Source: Phoronis australis
Taxonomy: Eukaryota; Animalia; Phoronida
Length of the DNA: 50,054 bases
Assembly: GCA_002633005.1 (NCBI GenBank)
Contig: NMRA01000672.1
Coordinates: forward strand, 162,623-212,676
Direction of reading: 5' to 3'
Shown: piece by piece, positions 35,101-46,769 of the stretch
How positions within the stretch are numbered: position 1 is the first letter of the stretch
Layout: the number at the start of each line of letters is the position of its first letter
Program-made: the position numbers and the translations under genes
Notes under the pieces: model-generated
Database searches by the model: none
What the model was told of the DNA's origin: nothing
What the model saw: only the letters and a program-made list of their open reading frames with translations

Positions 35101-37417
35101 GTTAATATGTATGGCAATGACCGCATCTCCATTGACAGTACTAAACGATGAACGCTGCAAGTGCAAAAAGAACATGTGTGCTGGGAAACTGAGTTTGTGC
35201 TGCAATGCTGGGTCAAACTGTACAGAAATGTGCAGCTGTGACAACTGTAGTAACATCAGCAACACTGACTGCATAACATTGGATAGTTCTTTGACAGGCC
35301 AACCCTAAATAGACCTCCAACCCCGTTATTTCCTTTTTTGTATTAAAAAGTTAATTTTATTTGTTGATTAAGTCATAGAAAGTACATACTTTGATCATTG
35401 TCATGTATTTGTCTCATACTGCTTAATAAACGCTGTCAGAATAATCTATTTTAATACAGTCTTTGTGCACATTCACAGAGATCATTCAACTATATTGTTT
35501 TTGTACTATAACATATTTCTGGTGTATTATGCAAACAAGCTGTATTTTACACCATTAGTCAATGTTTTAGTCATTGAGGCACAAATTTTGCCCAGTCTCA
35601 AGTGTTTTGTGTTATTTTTGTTGCCTGACAATGCCAGAATAACTTCCTAGAAACATTCAGACTTAGTTTGTATTTTTGCCACTAGGTGTCTCTTTACGTT
35701 TTTTAAATTTCACTGTTTACAATTAATTTACAATAGTAAAACATGTAATGTGAGTGTAATATTGTTCAATACAATGGCACTGATGGGACCATATTACTTG
35801 TTTTACAAAAAAGTCACCAAAACTGTTGTTTTTACAAATATAAGTTTACTAAGCTCTTTGGTGATTATTAGGTAACTTCAAACTCAAATTTCTCAAAAAT
35901 GTGCAACTTTATATGTGGGAACTTTTTAGATTTTGAAAACACTCTAATAAATGAATTAAAAAACACCAAAATAAAATTGCCCCCCTAAAGTACTCACAAA
36001 AACCATTTTCTAGAGGCCCTACAAATTCTGGCCCACCGACTATACGTTATTCAACTGAATGCTAAAAATTTGAATCAGCTGCTGTGGTTACATTTTCTCC
36101 AAAATTATACACAACACTTTTTCAGTTGCAGCATTTTCTAATATTGTATCCTAATATAATTTATTTTTTGGGAAAATTTAATGTGGAATAAAAAAGGCGT
36201 CAATTTCAACATGTTTTGCCATGTTCATGGCATCTCGTACATTTTTCGAATATCTACCAAGTACAACTGACCTTGAGTTGAAAAATGCCAACTGATGTCA
36301 AGAACGTTGACAAAATAGAGTTTCATGTTATCCATATTGTGTGAAGAATTACCATATTGGGCCATCTGACCTTAAGTTCTGACAATCACCATTTCACAGA
36401 AAGCGAAACTTGATATTAGATACGACATCGCAATAATGATAAGCCTCAACGATTGAGGTCATTGTCTATTGGATAATTTTATAACCAGGGTTTGCAATGA
36501 CCAATGACAAAAAAGAGGAAAATTTTCCAGGTGTTTTATAGATCCACAAATAAGTAGGCTTGTGTGATAGAAATAGTTTTTGTGTTGACGTTTTTACATG
36601 AATAACGTCAAAAATTAATATGATAAAAAGAAATGAAAAAAGAGGAAACTGGAAACCAAATAAGAGGAAATCTAAACCGAAAAGAGGAAATCCTCTTAAA
36701 AGAGGAAAATTCCAAGCTCTGCATTACAAGCACTGACTGTAATCATGATACTCACAAAGTTTCATTGCTAGCATCGCTGCATTTTCCATAGGTTGTAGAC
36801 TGGTCTTTGTAGGTATTGTTGTTCATACACGCAAAGTCGCCATAATGAATCTCTTGAGCAATGGCCGCCGTGCATATGGCTAGCATGAACCTGCAGTATT
36901 TAATAGATACAAGAAATATGTCAAGTACCATTTAATAAGTCAATGCTTATTTGAAAATCAGACACCGACAAAGTTAAACAATTATTTTCCCACAGGAAAT
37001 ATAACTAAATAGCTGATTCTGAAAAATTTTTTTACCAATTTGAAGATGCATGTGAAATTTCATTTATGCAAATATATTACGCTTACTTAAAACACTATTA
37101 CATCATAATTTTACAATTTCCACATTGAAATAAAGAAAAATAAAAAATAAAAAGCAACGCTTTTTGCAATAATATGATTGCATGTCTAAAGCAATTGGAA
37201 AGATTCAATAGACAACGGCAAACAATACGGCAAGCATCATTTTCCGACTGAACGAATAACGACAACAATAAGTCCAGCAGATGAAGGAAAGACAACAATG
37301 CTTTTCTTATTTTAGCACAAACCTGTCAAGTTGATTGAGTAAGTACGTGAGCAGTAACAGGAGCAGAACATAGAGAGGGTAGGCACCAGCCTCCTTGAGC
37401 AGACTCAGCACACTCAT
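26023..37417 (-). CDS. Major facilitator superfamily transporter, spinster (Spns)-like; 10 coding exons, 488 aa
   Basis: Exons in transcript order: 37417-37323, 36890-36756, 32456-32301, 31447-31337, 30526-30364, 29920-29707, 29211-29015, 27755-27671, 27391-27206, 26147-26023; total 1467 nt, all GT-AG with matching phases. TM1 YLLNQLDR, motif A-like GFAADRYNRK, TM4 FRFGLAIGEAGCTP, GWRWAFY, second GGFVSDR motif and many hydrophobic helices. Confidence 0.93.
26804..27055 (+). mobile_element. hAT-like MITE (copy 1)
   Basis: Termini cagggcttggaa / ttctaaacactg; internal aagaggaaa repeats; colinear homolog at 36486-36721; no TSD retained. Confidence 0.7.
27206..27391 (-). CDS. MFS coding exon 9
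   Basis: GEMWIGVALTTIVELVPSTIRAGAIGFYLFVITNIGGNIPLLVPPLQ...TSLR|gtaagt. Confidence 0.93.
27671..27755 (-). CDS. MFS coding exon 8
   Basis: VVAAPFAAGALFFSAPLCYISLIPANII|gtgagt. Confidence 0.92.
28163..28377. repeat. Near-perfect long palindrome (arms of about 100 bp, 9-nt loop)
   Basis: 28163-28268 versus 28278-28377; one 6-bp indel and few mismatches. Confidence 0.95.
29015..29211 (-). CDS. MFS coding exon 7
   Basis: GGYVWAYNTQPYF...GGFVSDRLVKRRGPWARVMVLVVSQ. Confidence 0.93.
29430..29677 (+). mobile_element. Fragment of a dispersed non-autonomous DNA-transposon family
   Basis: The 21-mer ctagaatttgggacacggaaa is identical at 15518-15538 and 29459-29479; related pieces near 26200-26700 and 37780-37815; ends in accttaa. 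Confidence 0.5.
29707..29920 (-). CDS. MFS coding exon 6
   Basis: GWRWAFYISAIPGLLLPFLVFFTIKEP...VIFILAGSLRNA. Confidence 0.93.
30364..30526 (-). CDS. MFS coding exon 5
   Basis: EAGCTPFAVSLIGDYFVPELRASAMGIYNFGIYTGYSLAYALGNFITVADINGQ. Confidence 0.93.
31337..31447 (-). CDS. MFS coding exon 4
   Basis: KNLLAFCLFFWSAMTLGSGFVSKYWQLALFRFGLAI-G|gtaagt. Confidence 0.92.
31728..32054. mobile_element. Harbinger-like MITE
   Basis: Imperfect TIRs ggccctttcaaactaac / gttagtgcaaaagggtc; left flank TAA. Confidence 0.45.
32301..32456 (-). CDS. MFS coding exon 3
   Basis: CLASTNENGSHVCKWDYNGQGIDYQIIAGPVFIVAYTLCGIPLGFAADRYN-R, GT-AG flanks. Confidence 0.92.
32489..32685. repeat. Degenerate tandem repeat of about 34 bp (about 6 units)
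   Basis: Recurrent tctatgtagtttagctag. Confidence 0.75.
32879..36042 (+). mobile_element. Internally deleted, decayed Academ(X)-like DNA transposon in MFS intron 2
   Basis: Termini TAGTCGGTGGGCCAGA / TCTGGCCCACCGACTA, patchy TIR over about 140 bp, 3-bp TSD TAC on both sides. Transposase remnants with stops and frameshifts: CIIC, DKDLV/EAKYHRS, LHCLRANHQ and the C-terminal Cys-rich CKCKK..C...CC.....CTEMCSC..C.N. Confidence 0.8.
36486..36721 (+). mobile_element. hAT-like MITE (copy 2)
   Basis: Termini cagggtttgcaa / ttccaagctctg; shares cttgtgtgatagaaat and aaaagaggaaatcctctta with copy 1. Confidence 0.7.
36756..36890 (-). CDS. MFS coding exon 2
   Basis: ctgcag|FMLAICTAAIAQEIHYGDFACMNNNTYKDQSTTYGKCSDASNET|gtgagt. 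Confidence 0.9.
37323..37417 (-). CDS. MFS coding exon 1
   Basis: ttcag|acaccATG MSVLSLLKEAGAYPLYVLLLLLLTYLLNQLD-R|gtttgt; an acceptor 5 nt upstream of the ATG implies an upstream non-coding exon. Confidence 0.88.
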
Positions 37418-39678
37418 GGTGTCTGAAATGAACAGAGCACAGCAAGCTCCTAGAATGGTACATTGTGGGAGTACATTACAACCCTGGGTAAAGTCCAGTA
37501 ATGCTAAGATCTCACTAAAACGTAAGTCTTCGCGATACCACATCAGATACTGCCGGGTATTTTACACGAGAACGTGATTTTGGCTAGATTATAATGTTAT
37601 ATACCCAGTTCTGACTCACGAGGCCTGAGCAATCACTCATAGCCGATAAAAAAAACAGAGTGGGTCTATGCCATGGAGTTACCAGGCTCAGGACTCGGGA
37701 ATACCTTGCAAAGCAGCCCCGGCCAATTTTACTAATTATGATATTTCACTTTTAATTCATATTTATTTTTACAATAAAAGTACTCCAGTTTGGGACAGTC
37801 TTAAAATTTGGGAATTCAAGAAGAAATTGACTTTTCTTGATTCCGTAGATTAGAACATGGTTGATTTGGGCATTATATGTTTATCAATGTTGGACACTGC
37901 ATTTTTGTACTTACAAAGTCTAAAAATAGACTTGGCATATCAAGAAATCATCAAAAATAGCTGACAGTGCAACCTTATGAGTCTTCATTAGTAAGCAGGA
38001 TTAACATTGAGGAGAATGATCATTTGTCATTGATCACAATACTTGAATTTGGGATGACCAACATTGCCTGTTGCTAAAATTTGGTACAGGTTCCAACCTT
38101 CAACTAAGTAATTAAATTTTCACTAACCCAAAACTGGTCCAGGAGAATTTATACCCTAAGTTTATAGATTGGAAAATCAGTTTCCTTAAAGCAATATGTC
38201 AATAAATGTATCAGACTTATAAGTATTAAAACAAGTGTTACAAAGTTTGTTAACCAGAAATTCAATGTAACTGATAAGCAAACACTAGCCAGCCAGTTGG
38301 ATGGATGAAGCCTATCGTTAAAATACAGCTAGGTACCACTGTGTGTTGAGCTCCGTCAGAACCTGAAATTTCACGTAGTCCATGTAGTTCTGCTCGTCAC
38401 GTTGTCGTGAAGCTTATATCAACATGAAAAGCTAACAACTGACGGGGGTGCATGCAAAATCTGGGAGTCAACTGACACTCACCTTGCCCGTTGTAAAAAT
38501 TTAAGTGAAAAGCAATCTAATAAACTTCATTTTCTTGCATAATTCTCTGCTTTTTGGGACAAAGAAATATCAGTCATCGTTTTGAAAACAGTGCGTTAGT
38601 GGCACGTGTATGCATCATTTCCTAAAATTTTACAACATCTCTAGGACTAGATGATGACAGCTTCGGAGCAGCAAAATTTGTTCTGAAATTCGGTTTGCTG
38701 GCATTACGATACCAAAAACTTGTAACGAAATGAAGCCAGTTCCGATAATTTGTTGTGACATGTGTGCAACCTCGTGAAAGAGAAGAACAGCTAGCTGACT
38801 GAAGAATAAAGTAAAAAGAATGCATGATCAATAGCTGACGCTATGTTTCATGGTGGAGAAAGCCAACGCAAAAGATCGCACCACAGTTTTAGCAACAGAA
38901 TAACGGTAGAACACCAATTTTACCAAGACGGTTATGCAATTTAGTTTACTCTTGAATTTGTAGTTTTTAATGACATTAATTTCAATGTGTCAGATTTTAT
39001 TTGATCATTTTTTGCGCACATTGAAGCAAAGACGTATATTAAGTATACAGCTTTGCACCAAGGCTAGGTAAACACAAGCCACACGGCTGGCAGTGTATGC
39101 AGTGTCCACGGCACAGGGAACGTAAATACCTACAGTTGTAAACGACTAACCGATTTTAATTAGACTAACCGAATACAGAGAACCCAAACCAGTCAAGCAA
39201 ACTCTTATGGGGGTACTATGAAGAGATTAAGCCCAGCATAATCATATTCATGGAAGAAACTCGAGACACCTGGATCTTTCAAAGCTAGGAATTCACTTGG
39301 CCAGGCCATGCATGGTCAGTAACTGCCGTTTGCCTGGTAAACCCTGATTTTGAGAACTAGGTCCTAAGTGATATTCAGAGTACTAGTACTGAGACATTTA
39401 AGTCATACAGCTACAATACATTAGTCGTAAGCTACATCAAGAACACAACTAAAATACCTCTGTAACTTGAGGACAATAGTTCGACGCGTCCGACCCTTGG
39501 CCTCGGTTAGTAGAGATCACAACTCAACACCGCATTCAGAATGCACCTACTGAACTTGAATCCCGTGACTGTCCAGAATGACCCGAGTCTTTAATCGCTA
39601 ACACAGTCAATGTAACAGAGTCATAGTTGTGAGACCTCTGCCAAAAAGAAGCCGAGGGTTCCAAAGTACGATCCGTTT

Positions 39679-39990
39679 TCACGTGACCAGCCTACACAAC
39701 ACGAAAGCCTTTTGTTTGCACCACAGAGAAAAAGTTATGTAAGTGTCATAATAGCAGAAGAACAAGGAAAAAATTTTCACCAATAGATGTCCCTGCTGCA
39801 GCCCAATGACCTTGACCTTTACAAGTAGCGGCGGAGCACGAATATACATAGCGTTGTTGATACGGCATGTGTTCGATTCTAACTCTAGTTTTGTCATCAA
39901 AAATAACAAATAATGATTGGCCACTGAGGTTTCTCGTAAGTTGATAAAATTCAGAGCGGAAGCGGACGTCTCGTCTACATCAAACAACTA
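39679..39990 (-). promoter_or_regulatory. Candidate promoter of the MFS gene
   Basis: CpG-richer zone about 2.3 kb upstream of the ATG exon, with GTCACGTGA (39679-39687), CCAAT boxes (about 39803 and 39916) and TGACCTTGACCT (about 39807). Confidence 0.35.
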
Positions 39991-40367
39991 GTTGCAAATT
40001 GTGTCGAGGCACCTCGGTGACAATCGGAGTGATCCGAGACAACTATAGACCCTATTCACGCCGACAGGAGGCGCATTCCAAAACGAGGCTCGCTACGATA
40101 GCTCTGTTAGCCGCTTCGGCATAGTTCTGTGTTTCTGACCGTGTTGTTCCGCGAACGGCTAGAAAAAATACGGACACGCAACTGTCTGCATCACAATCTC
40201 TAAAGACGTTGAGAATCGGAAGCGTTGGGTCGTTGCCGCGACGAAGCAAAATATGTCCGTGTAAAATTTATAAATGTTTTCGAAAAGTTAGATCATATTT
40301 TGTCGCATGTCGGTCAGCATATCATAGTAATAATGACCGGAGAATGGGCCAGCCAGGCTGTGTTTTC

Positions 40368-40662
40368 ATGACTACGGATTTAGGGGGTTGTGCATGCCCC
40401 CCCCCCCTAAAATTGTATCAGATCCCATTTTTGAGTTCGGGTGTTAATTGCTGACTAGTACACGTGCGCAACGGGGGGTGAATAAACGCATAGGCGCTGA
40501 ATGAACCCCGTTTACCGTTTTTTTTTAGTCAACAGGTCAGCAAACCCAAGAATTCAAGACCCCTGCATCCCCAGAGTTTAGGCTGGGCGCGCACATCTGT
40601 CGAAATGCTGCTTATTCCTGTGCCCTGCCCCCCCCCTAACTAAAAACCTGGATCCGCCCCTG
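40368..40662. mobile_element. MITE with a ...CTGGATCCGCCCCTG terminus
   Basis: Right end cctggatccgcccctg, degenerate left end cggatttagggg, poly-C tracts. Confidence 0.55.
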
Positions 40663-42504
40663 CTACGGGTTGAAACATTATAATTTTCTTTCCAAAAAGG
40701 ACAGGGCCCTCAATCCCCCAAATTTGGGGCCCAATATCGGCCCTACTCCCCTCTCAAACATATTGAAATATGACGCGAAATTCCCCCCACGAGGCATAAA
40801 AATTCCCCTAGTGAAAAATCTTTCTGAGATCAAATCACCTGTAACCACACAGGTGACAATTTTTAAGAGCACAAAAGGCTACTTTAAATTGAGACAGAGC
40901 CTATGAGAGCTTGCAACAGGGCGGGCTGGCTATTGATGGTGATGGGGAGGTAGATTGTTCCCGCCCTCACTCGGCGAAAAAATCGCCTCTCAGCAGGCAC
41001 TGGCACCGTTCCCCTCGGATGAAAGAGGCTCCTGCAGAAACATGATAATTATGATTGCATTGTCCAGTTAACTGAAATTGAGTTCTAAAACGATGTTATG
41101 TTTTGGACGAACGAATTACGTGTTTTAATTTTAAAATTCAACTTGGTCCAAATTAATATTTGAAATCTAACACATGAAATAGACGTAAGAATTATTACAA
41201 CCAAGAAAGCATTGATGGTCAAATAATTTTTATTTTCAATTACGAGCCTGGTTTTTTATTTTAATAAAAATATATTTAATAACATCAATTATTCTTTCAG
41301 ACCAATGACAAATCAACTGTTAGTCCCAGTGAGTGCATAGGATCAGGCTATACTTGATGTTATTTGATCAACAAATTAAACCAGATGTGATTAATTGCAC
41401 ATGACAGACACCACTGTCGAATACGTCTTCAACTCGTCAACAATACGAGCAGATGACCTGGTCCGCGTAGAAAGTATTTTGATCAACAATTTACAAGAAA
41501 AAAACGTAACCCTGCATTCAGCATAATACCTAATCCGTAACACTACTATCGCCGCAATTTGGTCATATTTACTTTTCATGTTTCGAACCTAGTTTTCCGA
41601 AAAAAAATTAAACCCATTCATCAGACAACTTTTTGGCGCCTTAACTTGTTCTCTAATGTGATTTTCTACGTCTCTGTGGTTAATTGTGGACACATCATTA
41701 AAATTTAATATCAAGGTTGGACTCGAAAGACCGGCTATTTAACTCACGCAATGTCTACTTTCGCTTTGTTTATCGCAGTGAGCCTCGCTTTGGGTCTTAA
41801 TGGCCGCCGCGTGAATAGAGTCTATGAGTAAGACAATAGTCTCTATGGTTTTGTGATTATGAATATATCGATACTTTTTCTGAAAGAATTCCAAGGACAG
41901 AGTTTCTTTTGAAGACCGTTGTCCGGATTTCGCAGCCAGCAGTAAAAGTTTCCTGCATCACACCCCCTAAATTGTGGTTTTTACCAGTACACGTACATTT
42001 CGGCACCCTAATACAGCCCGGCAAAAACGTCAAATGCATACATTTAAACGCCTAACGTGTGCAACGTGTCCTGGCCTATTAAGGGACCCTTACTTGTTAA
42101 ATTCTAATCGGTGTAGAAACACTAAGTACACCGATTTATGGTGGTGTCTTCCCCGAGGTTTGCCCCACAAACAGTACGCCCATGAAATTGCGAAATTGGC
42201 GACGACCACGGTAAGGAAGAGGTGGGCATATGGAGAATCTGAAATTTGACTCGAGCAAAATTTTGGCAAATTTCGAATACTGTAAGTGCCCCCCTCCCAT
42301 ATTTTTATCTTCCCTCTGGCCGGCAGCGTGATGTTGTCACCCCTTTCACAACAAAAAGCTGGATAAAGTTGAGATGAGCGCTAAGTAAAAAAAAAAAAAA
42401 CTGTGTGCCTTCGGGCATTGGGTTGAATTCAAAGTCACCATATTCTCACTGTGACAAGAACTGACCAAATCAGTTTGGGATGAAATCTATTACGCGAATA
42501 GTAC

Positions 42505-42757
42505 CATTCGCGTACCCAGCCTTTCAACATGAGGGCTCGAATTCCTGACTTGTGCACCTTTTGGTAACAAAAAAGCGGGCTTACTGATAAAAAAACGGAG
42601 GCACCACTGTGAATTGCGCGTTTTTGCTTGTTTAGCGGACTTTTGTCTCATTTTCTCGGACATTTTGTTTCTCAGAGGCGGACCTTTTTGCCCACTTCGC
42701 CAAATGGGGAGCTCGAGCGCCCCGAGCCCCCCCCCCTCCCTTCTGGGTGCGCGCATG
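42505..42757. mobile_element. MITE with 15-bp imperfect TIRs
   Basis: cattcgcgtacccag / ctgggtgcgcgcatg; homolog at 8149-8409. Confidence 0.75.
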
Positions 42758-44135
42758 AGTAAACTGCAGAAGTGACAAGACTCAGATTGAAATGATTTTG
42801 TACTTTTATGTAACGACTGTCAGGTAGTTAAGAGGATGTTAAAAGGGCACAGCATCAGTTAGCAGCTGGCAGGGGTAGGGGTGGGGCAGGGGTGGGGGCA
42901 CAAGTTAGATATATGGCGGGACAGCACAGGTTAAAATCATTCAAAAACATGCACGTGCACTGTTTCCTGGTTAGAAACTATTCGACCAAATTTATGAAAT
43001 TTCACTAAAGAAATCAAATTTTACAAAGCGGAACCATAGGGGCCAGCAGTAATAAAATCATAAAAAAATTCACGTGACGTCTGTCATTGTCATAACCATA
43101 GAAATATATTTGGAAAAAAAGCCCCTTGATGAGGTTCACGAGCTACAACAGGCGACTGTCCTTAGTCAAGGATTGTAAAATACGAGATGGTATGTCCTTT
43201 TCATTGCCTGTTGCTTGGAAACGAACAAAAAACCCAATTTTTTTATTTTCTTAGTCACACAGAAAATTGATAAGGAAATATTATTTGAAATCACTAACAT
43301 CCCACGAATCGGACCCCCAAAGCACCTCAAAAATTTCTAAACACAAAAACATGCATAATTTAGCGCATGTTTTAGCGCTCGCGGAATTAAGGTTAACGGA
43401 AACCCGTTCGAAAATGCAAAAGCTGTCATCATATAAACAGTCTCAACAGTTTTTACAAAAATAATACAAAAAAAATTCTCTAACTTTCATTTCAACCGTT
43501 TTAAAATTACTTTACTCACTGGACATATTTGATTGGGCCAAAGTACTGATGATGCTCCACCTTAAAAAAATACTGGCGTGGATAATTTCAAATAAACCGT
43601 TGAAAATATGTCACCAGGACGTTCGAAAGCACATTTTTATAGGATCTGAGGCGATGACCCTAGAGTCGACCTCGTGGAATGGCAGTTAATAATGCTAACA
43701 AAATCCACAGTTAAAGCGTAGGGTAAATTTATCACCGACAGTGCGTCCTCGTGAAATACTTTTTTCAAAAGTCTCACATCTGAAATACTCCACGATTTAA
43801 AGCAACTTCTTTGCCCACTATTTTCTTTCCTTGCAACGTTTGCCCCCTTAGCTTCTACTGCCCCNATACTTGTGCTGTGCAAATAACCGCAGCACCCAGA
43901 AGCGAAGAATGGGGTCAATTAGATGCTCACCGGCCTAAAGCCTTTTGTGATGGTTAGCTCCACATCGGGAACTCCACCTAAAGGAATCTTTGATGTGGTA
44001 CGCATGCTGGGAGCCTAAGTCCATATTGGATTTACACTCTAGGAACTTCGCACCAGGTAGCTATGGTGGGAGTGGCCTAACTGTGTTTGTCTGCACTGCC
44101 TATTGGTTGCATTCAATAGAACAACTGCGTCTCTT

Positions 44136-44331
44136 GTCACGTGATTTTTGTATTTCCCGCCAATGCGATTCAGATTGCTATTCGAACCAGAAAACCGCTG
44201 CTGTTGTGACAAGGGATACGTGCGATTACTACTGCTACATACGAAACCTCATAACTACTAGAAAGAGATCTATAAATATATTGTGTGGAGTACCTGAACA
44301 ATATCATCTGTGGATCCATCACCCAGTAAGT
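44136..44331 (+). promoter_or_regulatory. Candidate TATA promoter and short first exon of a downstream gene
   Basis: GTCACGTGA at 44136, CCAAT at 44160, TATAAATA at 44271, Inr-like TCATCT at 44304, donor CA|GTAAGT at 44326. Confidence 0.3.
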
Positions 44332-46769
44332 ACTCTGCTTTTATAACATGTGTTACGTCGACGTTACGTTTTCTGCAAACGGTTATCGGGCAAACACTAA
44401 AAAGCAACGATGCTGCATGGCCTTCAGCTGGTCGGGTGGCAGCTTCTTGGAAAGGAGGTGTTTGGAGTGTGACCGTCTATTTAGATGACAAAAAAGTAAA
44501 AAGTTGGGCAAGGATGAAAAAAGCTAAGCAAAGAGTTCAATCGAGTGAGAGTTTTGAAATGTGTGGTCGCATATGTGGACTCTTCAGGTGTTTGTGATAA
44601 TTTTACCTTCCTCTTTTATTGCGGTTTTTCATCATTATTAAGTTTGTTGTCAACTCATTCGCCAAAAATTCAAGATCAGATTTGTCTGTTAAGTGTTTTT
44701 AAACCCCGAACGCTTTAGTCGCAATTCAACATTGACAGCTAATTGTAACTTTGTTAGTTATTGCTGTGTAGTTGTAACGGTAGTTCTATTTCAAAATATT
44801 TGTTTGAGTTCCTGCAAATGGCAGTAGGTTTCATATAGGACCAATATTACTCCCAGGTTACATTTTTGATACTGTGAATGATTTTAATTTTTTCAGTAAA
44901 TATCTTGGATTAACCAACTGCCGTCAAAAACTTGCAAAATATCCTAATGAACTTTTATTCTATTTAAGCATGGTGTAATTACACTGTTGAATAACTAAAA
45001 GGTTACGTTGTCTTTTAGAAGGAGCTTTTGGGAAATTGGGCGAATGTTACTCATCTGAAATGTAGTTTCAATCCCTTTAATCGGTTTTTGTAAAAAATAT
45101 AAAGACACTTCACTTAGGTCTGACCATATCGCCCAACATCATAGGGTTTCATCACAGGCAAACCGTGAACTAACAAAATGGTTTTCAAGTGTTTGTTTTT
45201 TTTTGCCGTCATAATGGAAATCATCGTCGAAATTCCTTGAAAACCACTTCTATAATAACAATTTTTCGCTCATGAGAGGTACAGCATTCTAGAGGTTTAG
45301 TTTAGTCCTTTATGACTAAAGTGTTCAAACGAGACATTACGATTGGTGAACCCCGTTTGTGCTAAAATAAGAATTTAGCGCTCTCAAGTCCAAAATATAT
45401 GAAAGATTAGGAAAAAATGTAAAAAGGCCACGCGCAGGACAAAACCTTGAACGGACAAAAATGTTTAAATACGTGATGTCACGACCATAACTTATCATTT
45501 TCAATTATAGTATATTAATAATCGTCTACCATTCGTGTATAAATTTGGGATGTTGTCCAGCGGTAAAATCTCTACCAAATGTTTCACTTTTTCGCTGCAT
45601 TACACCGATAGCATTCTGTTCGCAAAGCGCACAATATAAATCGCCTAGTAAAGAGCACAAATTGCAGATAAAACAGTAGCCCACTCAAACGTTTAGTAAT
45701 CACTGAACCTACTCGAATCTCTCTGAATCTTGCATTACCCCCAACGACATCCCTGGGCCCGCCGCTAGCGCAACTGAAAACTTCATAACCCGAATATGGA
45801 CTCCGATCGGCCCAAAAAATATGATTTTCATGATAAAGACTGCTGGGCGCAGAGATCACCACGCTTAAAGTCATTACTGATTTGCTACTCACTGTACTAG
45901 AAATTATTTCCAGAAACCAGGCTATCGTTTTATTTGTGCCTATATATTAATCTTTCGTAATAGAAGAGTTCAGTAACGCTAGGATCTCACTCTCGCTGGT
46001 TCCTTGCATATCCGCTGGGGGAAAGACACCAATCATTTTTATGATCGACATATGTCCCGAATAATATATAAATGATATGTGCGTCGACAGCTCGTTACCA
46101 GAGATGAAAAGGAGACCGAGGTAGGCGATATAAGGTTATTTATTATGACTAGTACAATTACAATAAAATGAATACAGGTAAATAACGTATAATAGGTAAT
46201 CTCTGGTGAGATGGGCAATAAGAAGCGCCGGCCACGTGGAAGTACGAGAGAATGACGAAAACTGGGAGGAAGAGGGTTCTGGAAAATTGAAAGAGTTTTT
46301 GACGCACAATAATGTGGCCGAAACAAAGTGAACTGAAAGTACCATTTATACCATTTTTCCATCGTAGGTTCTGATTGGCTTTTATATTTGTCAACAGATA
46401 GCGCTTTATACGTAAACAAAACCAGCATGACTGACGTAGGAAGTGTAAATCATGTGGAATGAAATGGTTCGTGATCTGTTAATGTACAAACAATTCGGTG
46501 CTTAATAGAGAAATGTTCGAGAAATGTGAATTGAAAACTTGTGATTGTGCCTTTTCGGTGAGCATTTTTGTAGCCTGTTGGCATTGGGCTTACAGCTTAA
46601 ATGCCCTTTTCGGCTATCGCGATGTCAAGCTCAGTCAGTTTATTAAACTGCCCAGGTCGCAGAACTCAGTGTACTCGGTCTTTCTGACGTTATTGATACT
46701 GTGTAGAGAGAAAACGTGGTTTGCAAAGATTTCGAAAAGGCTAAAAAAGTTTGAAGTGATATTGAAAAC

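Noticed and set aside
35039-35308. Cys-rich ORF as a metallothionein or tesmin-like host gene
   Set aside because: It lies inside TIR- and TSD-bounded DNA with other transposase remnants, so it is better explained as the transposase C-terminal finger.
43865-43865. Single N base
   Set aside because: An assembly ambiguity, not a biological feature.
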